DNA from: Reclinomonas americana ATCC 50394
Lineage: Eukaryota
Length of the DNA stretch: 64,000 nucleotides
Direction: 5' to 3'
Assembly (NCBI GenBank): GCA_048213135.1
Contig: PS015022.1
Location: 333,004-397,003 of the forward strand
Shown in pieces: positions 13,605 through 25,147 of this stretch (position 1 is the first letter of the stretch; each line of letters opens with the position of its first letter). The translations under genes and the position numbers were made by a program. The notes beneath the pieces are model-generated. The model searched no databases. It was not told the DNA's origin and saw only the letters and a list, made by a program, of their open reading frames with translations.

Positions 13605-14180
13605 TTTACCGCCAACCCCACAGTCGTGTACGCTGTTGTTGACGAACAGGCTACCGTTCACGGACAATGTCTGCGGCGCACGTCAGCAAAAGTAATTATA
13701 TTGGTGGTCGCACGATGCGTGCTGTCCTCTCACCATTGACGACAAGGAGTGGAGCGAAAGAGCACCGCCTCCGTTATTTGGTCCGTTACTCTGCGCGTCA
13801 AGATAAAGATAATTGTAACTGTTTGGCAACGACGCAGTAAAGTTGTTGTGATTGCCTGTACATACAACGCACATTAGGGTTGAGTGACTTTAGATATCGA
13901 ACGCACCAGCGAGGCGCAGCCACACACAAACCTCCGTTGCCCACACGTTCGGCCACATTGTCTAGGAACTGACATTGTTGAACAGCGGTGTTCAGCTGTG
14001 TGGCATGCATAGCACAGAGGCTCATAAACTCGGGATCGGTAAAGCCTAAGAGGGGCGAGATAACCAACCGACGCCGACGAATACGTCAGCCACGCCCCGC
14101 CACCATGCCGGCCCCCCTCACTGGTAGCTGTCACAATCCCGTTCGATCCGCCATCTGTCAATGGTGTCATACAGTGCATG

Positions 14181-14216
<36 letters not shown>

Positions 14217-14292
14217 NNNNNNNNNNNNNNNNNNNNTACCGTACCGTACCGTACCGTACGTACTACGTACGTAGTACGTACGTAGTACGTAC

Positions 14293-14345
<53 letters not shown>

Positions 14346-16715
14346 CTTGAATTTCGCGATCAGCATGAATACCTCCACCGTTGCCTGAATCACTCGCGAC
14401 ATTGCCGACAAAGGAGGTGTTGTACATGGTCTGGCGGATCGGCTATCTCTCGTTGAAGTGAGTCCAACATTCGATTGACTTCTTCAGTGGGAGCCACAAT
14501 CAATACTCACGGATTCAGCACTGAAGTATGTGAGCACTGCGCCGCCACCAGCGAGTGCACTTTGCGAACTGAGACTGGTCCCGATTCCAGTTGTGTTCCT
14601 CCCCCCGTTTCCGCAGTCTGACACCGCATTGCGTGCAAAGGTGGCATGCGCGACCTGCGCGCGGGAAGTCATGAATCAATATGATGATGATCAGCGCGAT
14701 GGCGGCCAAAACAGAGAACGGGCTGCACCTCCACTGCTTGTTGAATCGAGATTGCCGCGACGGCGCCGCCGCCACACGCAAAACATGTTGCGTCGCCACA
14801 CGGGAAGCCTATTGCGTTGGCGCCGGACTTGAAGGTCCCAAGCCCTCCGTTGCACGCATTGGAGACCGAGTTGCCGTCAAACGTGCCCTCGGTCACCTTC
14901 GTCGCCAGTCAGCCCCAGTCAATTACGTGAGATGCCTACAAGCAGCATACCTGCATAGAAGCGCCATTCTGGAAGCGAACGGCTCCGCCAGAACACATGT
15001 AGCCCGACGTGCCGCTGAATACGAACGAAGGACCGTTGCACAAGTCGGTGATACTGTTGGCAGAAAACGTGCTGCGTTGGAGCTGGCTTCAAGAGTGAGA
15101 AGGCGCGGATGACTGCAAAAACTGTGAGCTCTATGCTCACCAACATGGTCCTTTGTGCAGATGCAGCCGCTACCGCCCACACCGCCCCACCACCGCTGTT
15201 GACGCCACCCGTGCCAACACCAGTACATACTCCTTGGCCTGCTGGGCACGAGAACCCGTTGGAGCTCGACGACACCGTGTTGTAGGAGAAATCCGATCCC
15301 ACGATGTTCAGAACGTCAGACTGAGCCACGTACAGCGCACCGCCGCCCACTTGACTGGAACCGAAAGTGTTGTTTTGGTTCCCATTGCCGCAATTCGTCA
15401 CTTGATTGTCGGACCACTTGCTGTTGGAGACCGTCACGTTCACTCGGCTGCCGTCGCTGACGGACACAGCACCGCCCCCCACATTGTCACGAAGTAGACC
15501 CGCAACGGCATTGTTGTTGAAGTCGCAGGTGTCGAGAGTCACGTTGAGAGATGTCGAGCTCGCTCCGAACACGTACACGGCACCGCCACCAACACCACCT
15601 GTGGATGCCGTATAGTTTCCACTTCCAGTCACAGTGTTGCCGACAAATGAGGAGTGCGTGAACGTGATAGCCGACGAGACGCCGGAGGAGAGCACAACGG
15701 CAATCGCAGCACCAGCAGCGTCGGTACCAGATTTGCTGCAATTGAAGAACGTGCCATCCGCCACGCTCAGGTGCACCACTTGTCCCTGCACAAGCAGTGC
15801 CGAACCCGCATAACGAGTCACCACGGCTGTGGTGGCCCGGTGGTTCCGGAACGTACAGCCAGAGATTGACACAGTGGTCGATGTGCTGGCCGTGAGCGAC
15901 ACAGCGCCGCCCGACAGCGAGTTGACGAACGAGCAGTTGGTGAGAGTCACCGCGTTTGCACCAACAAGGGTGTTCGCGGGAGCGGTCCACACGACGAGTG
16001 GTGCCGTCTGTGACCCTCCGTTGATGCTCACGCCTGTCATGTGGAATTCGGCGGCCCCCAGGACGCTGAACACGCTGTTGGTGGTGGAGGAGGGCGATGC
16101 ACCCACCAGATTGATGGTGACTGCACTGGCATTGACAGTGACATTGCGATCTGTGTGCACGTGTGCGTGTGCGTGTGCGACACGTGAGACAAGACGAGAG
16201 GAGCGCACGAGGACCACGAGAAGCACCTGCGCACAGCAGCTGTGTCGTCGAATCGTACTCGCCACTCGCCATCCACACCACGAGAGACCACGCGGGTGAG
16301 TTTGCAGGAAACATTTGCGTCGTCGAGCAGGATGATACTGCCTGCGCAAGGGTGCATGGTTGCGAGACGATCGCACCACATGTGGCACTGCCGCTGCCAC
16401 TCGGTGACACAAACACTGCGCAGCGTGTGCGTGAGTGCGTGCGTGATAGATTTGACAGAACACAACGAATCCGACGACAGTGAGCACCACCGGAGCGTAC
16501 GGAGCGCAGGCGTGTCCTCTCTCCATGCAACACGTACAAAGACACTGCGACGTACCTTCACACGTGGTTGGTGAGCTCATCGCTTGCGGTGCCGCCGCGA
16601 GTTGACGAGCCCAGCCAACGTCACGAATTGCGAGGCCGAGTCCAGCGCACCACATTAACACCAAAATCGGCACCACGCACGCCAGTCTGCGCCGTGGCGC
16701 ACTTGGCGAAACCAT
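5208..16715 (-). CDS. Very large surface protein: signal peptide, Pmp-like GGA(I/L/V)/FxxN beta-helix repeats, Cys-rich linker, multi-pass TM domain, cytoplasmic tail; many exons
   Basis: MVSPSAPRRRLACVVPILVLMWCAGLGLA; VFVSPSGSGSATCG..PC cap; many FxxN..GGGA motifs; CPAGLFY..CQECSEDKYS..CRQCP; several hydrophobic helices at 5750-7200 (e.g. FGSLYEQYRP). Last exon joins in frame to TGA at 5208. One gap (14217-14236) lies inside. Confidence 0.85.
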
Positions 16716-16934
16716 GCGTGGTGGTGGCTGCAAGTGGACACACGCGAAGCAAGGCGGACAATGCATTGGAGCAATGCATTCTGGCTGCGCATGCAAATGC
16801 AAATCGCAGCGCTGCGCGCATATGCTTTCTTTCAGTGGAACGAGCAGTCACCAACAAACGGGGGCTTTTACTCAAACAAAACAACAACAATTCATTCACC
16901 AACTAACAAGCGACAGCTGTCTTAAACACTTAAG

Positions 16935-16956
16935 CTTCATTCACCACATTCCAATA
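16935..16956. repeat. Left arm of 22-bp inverted repeat CTTCATTCACCACATTCCAATA
   Basis: Exact reverse complement of 19057-19078. Confidence 0.95.
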
Positions 16957-19056
16957 CTTGAGTTTGGAATTTTCGCCTCGTCGACTCCAAACCCAGTCAG
17001 ACAAGGATGGCGACGAGCCGCCGGAGATCCGCCCCTGCTCCACGACGCCCAACACGTGCAACACAACGCCCCCCACAACGCAACACACACGCGCGCGGAT
17101 GAGTGTGGTGGTGGTGACGAAAGTCGCCGCCCCTGCAGCCTTGCCAGCAGAAGCAACAGCCGACGCTGGACTATTGCCTGCAGGAGCCCCACACGCACCC
17201 GCCAGTGTGCACATGGCCGCGACCCCAGGATCCACCTCTGACAACTTACCCGCCAAATCTGACCGTTACGCGCTTGCCTGCGTTGCAATGGTGCGGTGGA
17301 CCCCCTCGCCTGTCGCCGACGACGCCTTGCCGAATGCTGTGCATGGCCACTCCGACAACAACTCTGTGCCAAGTGCCTCGAGCCCATCGACACTCCGTGA
17401 GCCTCAAATCCGCTTTGCCAAGGATCCCTCCATCTGTGTTCACGTATCCGCCTTTGCTGATGATCGCCACGTGTGTCTCTCATCGGTGCAGCAAGCGCAG
17501 ATNNNNNNNNNNNNNNNNNNNNNNNNNNNNNNNNNNNNNNNNNNNNNNNNNNNNNNNNNNNNNNNNNNNNNNNNNNNNNNNNNNNNNNNNNNNNNNNNNN
17601 NNNNNNNNNNNNNNNNNNNNNNNNNNNNNNNNNNNNNNNNNNNNNCCGCAGCCACACTAGCAGCGAAGCACAGATTCAGCGTAGACTCCTACACTGATCC
17701 AGTCACCCAGAAGATCACCACGATTGGCCGTCTCCCCGACAACACGACTGTCTTTCCGTTCACTGAGAAGTTTCTGAAGTCTGTCAACAAGTTTCAAGGA
17801 AAACAGAAGTCCGAGAAGTGGAAAGAAGAGGTGGCAGAAGAAAACGGAGATGTGCACCCGAGAAAGTCAGGTCGCTTTGCTTTCACTTACCGTCACGGTG
17901 CTGGTGCACACGACTGCTTGAAAATCGGTCGTGGTCTGTACCCGAAGCAACAGTCTTTCGCCTTGAAACTGCGCACCAACTCCCTCTATCTCAACGCTAC
18001 ACGCGCGAAGAATAGCCAGAACTATACCCCTCACATGGCTAGCTGCAAAGTGTGTAACAAGGGACAGGAAGAGACAGTGGCGCACCTCTTGTGCTGGTGT
18101 GAGGCACAGAAAGACAATGTGACGAGTCGGCACAACAGAGTGGCAACGATCTTGCACGAGGAACTCAGAGACTCAAGTGTGCACAGCGAGGCAGTCTTCT
18201 ACGCCGAGAAAGTACCGCAGAATTTGTTGCCAGCAGGAGAAGACCAGTTGGCACAGTTGAAACCAGACATTGTGGCTGTGACTCGAGCAGGTCCAGGTGT
18301 CGATGCACAGGTGACGAAGGTGCTGATTGTGGAGCTCACCGTGGCGTATCCCAAGGACGAAGATGCGCTGCAGAAGGCGTACGACCGCAAGTTGGTGAAG
18401 TATGCCGAGCTGGTGGAGAAGATCCGATCGCACACTGAANNNNNNNNNNNNNNNNNNNNNNNNNNNNNNNNNNNNNNNNNNNNNNNNNNNNNNNNNNNNN
18501 NNNNNNNNNNNNNNNNNNNNNNNNNNNNNNNNNNNNNNNNNNNNNNNNNNNNNNNNNNNNNNNNNNNNNNNNNNNNNNNNNNNNNNNNNNNNNNNNNNNN
18601 NNNNNNNNNNNNNNNNNNNNNNNNNNNNNNNNNNNNNNNNNNNNNNNNNNNNNNNNNNNNNNNNNNNNNNNNNNNNNNNNNNNNNNNNNNNNNNNNNNNN
18701 NNNNNNNNNNNNNNNNNNNNNNNNNNNNNNNNNNNNNNNNNNNNNNNNNNNNNNNNNNNNNNNNNNNNNNNNNNNNNNNNNNNNNNNNNNNNNNNNNNNN
18801 NNNNNNNNNNNNNNNNNNNNNNNNNNNNNNNNNNNNNNNNNNNNNNNNNNNNNNNNNNNNNNNNNNNNNNNNNNNNNNNNNNNNNNNNNNNNNNNNNNNN
18901 NNNNNNNNNNNNNNNNNNNNNNNNNNNNNNNNNNNNNNNNNNNNNNNNNNNNNNNNNNNNNNNNNNNNACTGTTGGAGAAGATTTATCTATGTGTTTTTA
19001 TATTGTTGGTGTGCCAATGGTCATCGCCGGCAAGGGATTTGTGGACATTTGCGCAT

Positions 19057-19078
19057 TATTGGAATGTGGTGAATGAAG
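19057..19078. repeat. Right arm of 22-bp inverted repeat TATTGGAATGTGGTGAATGAAG
   Basis: Exact reverse complement of 16935-16956. Confidence 0.95.
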
Positions 19079-19156
19079 TGTTTTGTTTGTAGTAGAGTTG
19101 TTGTTGTTGTTGCTCCATTTATGCCATCTCCCTCACTCTTCGAAGCTTCTCTCTCC

Positions 19157-19609
19157 CTACCTATCATACCCAATCGCATCACACGTGCAGCACAGACCGC
19201 CAAGCCACCGCACGCTGGCGACCACAAGTGCAACGGGACAGCACAGCACCTGGCAGGTGGCCACCATCGGCAGTGCCACCTTGTCGCAACCCTTCGTTGT
19301 GTCGACTGTCACGATGGATGGCTCGGGCACGCCGATGCAACAGCAACCCCGCGGATCGGAGGCCCCCGCACACAGCATGCAGCAGCAGGCGACAGGAGTA
19401 CCCACACAACACGAGTACGTCCGCGCACACTGATTGCCATCGCATTTTTGCCCACAAAAACAAAAGAGGTGTGCGAAATCAAATGCGATGGCGCCATTGT
19501 CGTAGCAGCATGGTACGTCGGCTGCATCTGCCGAAGAAGTGTAGTGTCTATCGTCCTTTCCCGCACGACCGGCCTTGCCACAACAGCACCAAATGTCACG
19601 CAGTTCCAT
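19157..19609 (-). CDS. Small cysteine-rich protein, copy 2
   Basis: MELRDIWCCCG...QVLCCPVALVVASVRWLGGLCCTCDAIGY, paralog of 2874-3338. Upstream 19800-19910 also matches about 3455-3580. Confidence 0.75.
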   Translation of the reverse strand: MELRDIWCCCGKAGRAGKDDRHYTSSADAADVPCCYDNGAIAFDFAHLFCFCGQKCDGNQCARTYSCCVGTPVACCCMLCAGASDPRGCCCIGVPEPSIVTVDTTKGCDKVALPMVATCQVLCCPVALVVASVRWLGGLCCTCDAIGYDR

Positions 19610-21061
19610 GGAAATGCAGCAGATGTCTGCACTGCGCGTGTGTGTGAGAGAGAAGCACAGAGAGAGAGAGGGTGAAAGGGAAGGAGGAGGAGGAGAATGA
19701 GGAGGAGGAGGAGGAGGAGGAGGAGGAGGAGGAGGAGGAGATGATGCTGGCTCGTTACCTTTGCTCACACTCGACAACACTATGAATCTATCGCGTCGTT
19801 CGTCGGATTTTATGTTTGTGTGTGCGCAGGACAACATCGTGACAGCGTGCTTCTCTCGAGCTCATGCAACGTGGCATGTCCACTGCATCAGCGCACCCTC
19901 CATGATGCAGCAACAATACAAGTCGGTGCGAGGCGAAAACTGCTTGAAAGGACGATGTTGTCCTCCAATCGCGCGTTTCATCATTCAGCGACCATGGGCG
20001 GAGGCCACTCACAACCGGCGACGCAGACCTCCACTGAGATCTTGACGGGTGTGTGTGCACACTCATCCATGCTCACTCGCTCTCACTCGCTCACTCGCGT
20101 CGCCACAAGTCACGTCATGCCCGATCCTTGAGCAGGTTCGACACAGTGCTTCCTCTCTCTCTCTGTCTCTCTTTCCACTCATCGTGAAAGCTCGCAGGTG
20201 GATCCCAACAGTGACACGCACGACGACCAGCAAGCAACGGTGAGCGACACACGTCGCGCGCTGTATTGTGTTGTTGCTTTTTCACTCACACCATACACAG
20301 TCGGCTGCCGCAGAGGGAGCAGACGCACTCAAGTCATTATGAAAAACTTGTTCTCGCAGTGCACTCCCACACAATAAAAGGCCGCCGCAGCAGTGTGAAA
20401 CATGAGCATGAGGGGAAGAAGAAGACGTCGTCGTTGTTGTGTTTTCACAGTCCATTTCATCGCGTTTTCTTTCGTGAAGCATGGGGAGCTCGCACTCGCA
20501 ACATGGTGACGGCTGGATCGGGCCAAACCAGATCCAAGTAGGTGCGCGCAGACAGAAAAGAGTGAGCTGTGCAGCTGTGCCTTTAGATGATTGATATCGT
20601 GCGCAGACTGCACGGCGACCTTCCGCCAGACTGACGACAAGGTGCGCTGCTTGTGTGTCAGTTGTTGAGTGGCAGTGTGTGTGCGCGCTCAGTGGTGCAT
20701 GTGCAGGTGGGCTGCGGTGGTGAGCAACCAGCAGTGCCGGTGAGTGATCGAACATGCATAATGTCGGTGCTTGTGCGTGTTGCGGATCACTGACATGTGC
20801 GTATGTGTGTGCGTGTGAGTGAGCAGACGGCGGCAACAGAGGATGCTTTGTGAGACGAATAAACACCGACTTCTCGCAGTCTCATTTGTTGTTGTTGTTC
20901 GCCGACGTGTTGTCTAGTTGCATGAACACAGTGGGAGAGACTGTCGCGCCTTCAAAGCACTATGCCATTGTAGAGGGAAGGTGAGGGAGAGAGAGCTGAA
21001 ACGAACGACTTCCGCACAAGCCTGTCCTACTCTTGTGTTGCTTGGATCGTTGTTGCTCACC

Positions 21062-21130
21062 ATGGGCAGCGAGCAGTCGGCACCGGGCGACGTGACCGCT
21101 GGTGACATCTCCACTGGTGTGTGTGTGTGT

Positions 21131-21200
<70 letters not shown>

Positions 21201-21560
21201 GTGTGTGTGCGTGTGCGTGTGTGAGAAGTGTTGTATCACTCCCTGCTCTCATCTCTCTCTCTCTGTGTTCTCACACTCGCACAACAGCTGGTCTTTCGCT
21301 CGCCATGACTGCGTACGACGAGACGGTGCGAGGCTTGCTCTTTGTCTGTGTGTTTCATCGCGTCCTCATTCGTTCAATGCTTATCATCATCTTCATCATG
21401 TCAGCCTCCTGCAATGCGCGACGCGGCTGCTGTGCATGATGCGGATGCGCTCCGAGCTGGTGAGTGTGTGAGAGAGAGACACACACTTAGAGATTGGTGT
21501 GCGTGTATGTGTGCTGACTTGTGCGTGTGTGAGTAGATGACGCTGCGCACCATCGCATGG
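21062..21560 (+). CDS. Short multi-exon hypothetical protein or pseudogene with an N-myristoylation-type start
   Basis: MGSEQS (MGxxxS) followed by in-frame GT-AG exons AGLSLAMTAYDET and PPAMRDAAAVHDADALRA. 3' end unresolved. Confidence 0.4.
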
Positions 21561-21669
21561 TGTGATGGTGATGGTGATGGTGGAGCAGGCGACTGTGTAT
21601 TGGCCTGTGTAAAGAAAAATGAGTTGCCCGTGTCACTGCGCGCGTGTATGTGTGCTCTCTCTTCTGCGG

Positions 21670-22320
21670 TGTAGGTATACCTCTTCAGCTCTGCCCACTC
21701 GCTGGTCAAGCGACTTGAGTAGTCGGCTGATGTTCTTGCCAGGCCGTTCATGCACTGATCAACAGATGATGTTGCTTCCTTCAGCTGACCACATGTCCTT
21801 CTTCACGCTGATCAAGCGGGCAGAGCAGCTGGCGCTCCGGTTTTCTTGCCAGACTGTGTTGTGCTAGGCAGCTGGGGATGCTGCTCTGTCCACTCCTTGA
21901 TCAAGCAACCGGAGTGCTCGCTTGCACTGAGTCGCAAAGGATGTTGTGTACTTGGTCAGCTGACGTTGTCCGCTGGTGCACTTCTTCAGGCCTGGCCACA
22001 CGCTGATCAAGCAACCAGAGCAGCTGGCGCTCTGGAGTGCTCGCCTGTACTGAGGATGTTGCGTTCTCCTTCAGCTGGCCACAGGAGTTGATGCCCTCCT
22101 TCAGCTCCAGCCACACGCTGGTTGGTGTTCGTCCCAGTCCCATGTTTCGCAGAGTCGCTCTGTTCAGTTCTTGTCGCCGGCTGGCCACGGGAGCTGGCGC
22201 TGTCCACTCCTTGTCAAGGAGCCAGAGCAGCTAGCGCTCCGGAATGCTCGCGTGCTCTCAGTCGTCGAGGATGTTACGCTCTCCTTCAGCTGGCCACAGG
22301 AGTTGATGCCCAGTCGCCGT
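21670..22320. repeat. Degenerate tandem repeat array
   Basis: Recurrent blocks ctccttcagctggccacaggagttgatgccc, (ct/tt)gatcaagc..agagcagctggcgctc, tgtccactccttg and ggagtgctcgc. Confidence 0.75.
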
Positions 22321-22692
22321 CTGGTACGGGAACTTTCATGCAACTACTCAGTTCAAGACAAGCGGTTACAGCAGCTTGTGTTGTGTGCAACGCGGTCTGG
22401 CAAGCCGTTTGATCAGGCAGCGTCCTTGGCTGGAGCTGATGACGATCACAGCATCGTCGGCGACTCAGCGAGACAAGGAATGGCAAGAATACCAGAGTTG
22501 AGAAGGACGCTGGGCTGTTGTGCAGCTTCTCCGCCCTTGCTGCGCTCTGCAAGTCTTCCTCCCAATAGAGATCCCGTCCGCCATACTTCCCTCACTTCTT
22601 TTGAGAGACCGGAACGAAGGAAGTCCTTCAACCACAGGACGATCGCTGCGCCATTTCGTTTTGCCCACTTCTCTCCCTTCTCCTCCTTCGCG

Positions 22693-24271
22693 ATGAGCCT
22701 CTCCACCTCCCACCCCCTCCTCTTCTTCGACGAGGCCGCTCTATCACGAGTCGCCGACTCACTGATCGGGTCATGGTGCCCATCTGCATACTACTCACCC
22801 TACTGGTGCGCGTGTGTGTGCACTCATACACAGCGTGACGATCGCCCTCACTCCCTCACACTCTCTCCCCCTCCCTCTCATTCACTCAGGCTGATCACAC
22901 TGTTTTCCATCGTGTTTCACGCCGCACTCAACGTGGTATCGCATTACGTTTCCTGCGCGCTCATGCCACAAACGTACGTGCACTCGGTGCACCACAAAGT
23001 CGAGTGGAACACAAGGTAAAACACGCACACACACTCACTCTCTCACTGATCAACACTCAACTCCCTCTCTCTCTCTCGCTCTCTGACAAAGGACGGTGTC
23101 ATCACTGCACGCGGCACTCACTGGTGCCGGCAGCCTGATCGTCTTTGCCACTGACCCCAGCTGCATGTTGGAGCTGTTTGTGCCCTCGTTCCTCGCGCGC
23201 GTTCTCATGGCCTTCACCATTGGCTATTTTATCGTCGATTTCGGTCCGTTATGCAAGTCACTGTGTGTGTGCGCGCGTCAGTTGCCTTATGCTCTCTCCC
23301 TCCTTTGTGTGCAGTGATCGTGGCGGTTCTGCTGCAGAGCATGTTGCGTGTGACTGAGTTGGGTGATGAGTGGTTTTTTCGAACACATGTTTCATGCTGC
23401 TGTTGTTGTACATACAGGCCTGGGTTCAAGGCGACTCTGATTCATCACTTCTTTGCCGCCTGGGGCTTCCTCGTGGGACTGGTGTGTCTTTATGTTTGCT
23501 TTCATGCGTGCTTCTTTCCCGTGTTGTCTCTGACACGATTGGTGGCCAGTGGTATGTGAACGACATCTCCACCGAGGTGGCAGCCATGGTGTGCCTGTCG
23601 CACGAGTTGAGCACGCCGTTTGTCAATGCGCGGTGGTTCTTGCTGGAGAGTTGCGTGCGCTGTGCGTTTGGCAGAGACAGACAACAGAGGATGCGTAACG
23701 AATGAGGCTGCCCAGCAGCAGCAGCAGCAGCAGCAGTATAGCGAGATCCTTTTGTATGTTGCCCACACACACATGACGTTATCCAATGGAGATTGCTGAT
23801 ATTACCGTGTGCAGCCGGCCACAAGACGCATCGCATCACCGGCATCACCTCCGTGGTCATGGCCGTGGTATTCTTCGTCGTGCGCATTCTCGGCATGCCG
23901 TACTTTATCTGGGTGGCCATTTCAGGTGCCACATTCCCCTGCTACTTGTCTTCTGCTCCCTCTGACTCCCTCGAGCAGTATGGACACCGTTTTACACGGT
24001 CAGGGGCATTGTGCTGTCGAGTGCCATCTCCTTTGGCATGGGTGTTGGCGTCTGTCTCAACTCTGTTGCGTCGTCCATCATATGTTGCATGCACCGCCCC
24101 TGCGACTCACCACCGCCACAACAGTACTGGATGTACCTCATGGTGGTGGCTGCGCGCAAGTTTGTCCTCTCTGTCTCTCAATCGCCCTCCCATCTGCAGA
24201 CTGCTGCTCACCCCTCGCCCTCCCACAGGATGCGCAAGCGACCAACTCCCGACACCAAGAAGAGCGACTGA
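22693..24271 (+). CDS. TLC (TRAM/LAG1/CLN8) domain membrane protein, TMEM56/TLCD-like; multi-exon
   Basis: EWNTR|TVSSLHA, GYFIVDF, LIHH, ELSTPFVNARWFL, FFVVRI motifs. Terminal KKSD resembles a di-lysine ER retrieval signal. Confidence 0.88.
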
Positions 24272-24339
24272 GTTTTTCCATCCCCCCCTCTCCGCCCTTG
24301 CCCAATCAATATACTGCAGACACACAATCGCACACTTCA

Positions 24340-25101
24340 TTATTGCTGCTGGCTCAGTCGAGTGGCAGATGCTGAGCGCACCGGAGAGCGAGAAGTGTTT
24401 CTAGGTGGGGAGGAAAACAGAATACTGGTTCTGCTCGAGGACTCACGAGTGCCGTGCGGATCCTCTTGCACATTGATCGAGACACTCTGGAAGGCGGCCA
24501 GTCGTGCCGAGGCCGCCTCGTGCGACAACGGTAACGGTAGTGGCACTGGGACGGCCACTGGCACTGTCGCCGCTCCCTGTGAAGCCTGCAGTGCGGCTGA
24601 GGCGGCGGCGGCCGCAGCGGCCCCCGAACGACGATTCCGCAAAATCTCCTGGTGGTAGTACGGATCTCGCCAGCGCGCATGCAACAGGCCTCGCTTCATG
24701 GCCGCGTAACCGTTCTCGTGGTACGCACGGAACAACTTGCGGGTGAAGCACTGATTGATGGTGCCGTGCTTGGGGAACGTGCCGCACAGTGGCCGCACGC
24801 AGACGCACCACGGAACCCGGCAGCAACCTGGTCAAGCACCAATAAGAACTGAAGAAAACAAAGGTAGACGGCTCCATCGAGCTTACCAAGATTGACCCGA
24901 CTGTGACAGCAATCGCAGCAGCAGCCGTCGAGATTGTCGAGATCGCCCTGTCGCACGTTGCCGAACGACGACGACACCGAGTTGGCCGGATCCGACGGCA
25001 TCTCGTCCGGCTGCTGAGCAATGCCACGCGGCTTCAAGTACGTGATCTGTGTGATAAGGGAACGCAAAGCATGACTTTAGTGACCAAGAAAACACGCTTT
25101 C

Positions 25102-25147
<46 letters not shown>

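Larger units (their letters stand above)
16935..19078 (+). mobile_element. Non-LTR retrotransposon of the RLE (R2/NeSL/CRE-like) group, apparently internally deleted, interrupted by two gaps
   Basis: RT-like SAFADD (FADD at 17453-17464), CCHC knuckle CKVC..ETVAHLLCWC, RHNRV, KPDIV..IVELTV..K..KY restriction-like endonuclease motifs. Intronless, unlike most host genes. Confidence 0.85.

Noticed and set aside
16901-16910. aactaac resembling the start of the kinetoplastid spliced leader next to the retroelement
   Set aside because: Only a 7-nt match, with no donor site, Sm site or tandem array to support an SL RNA gene.
20266-20866. Possible minus-strand exons
   Set aside because: I could not build a consistent spliced model or recognise a motif.
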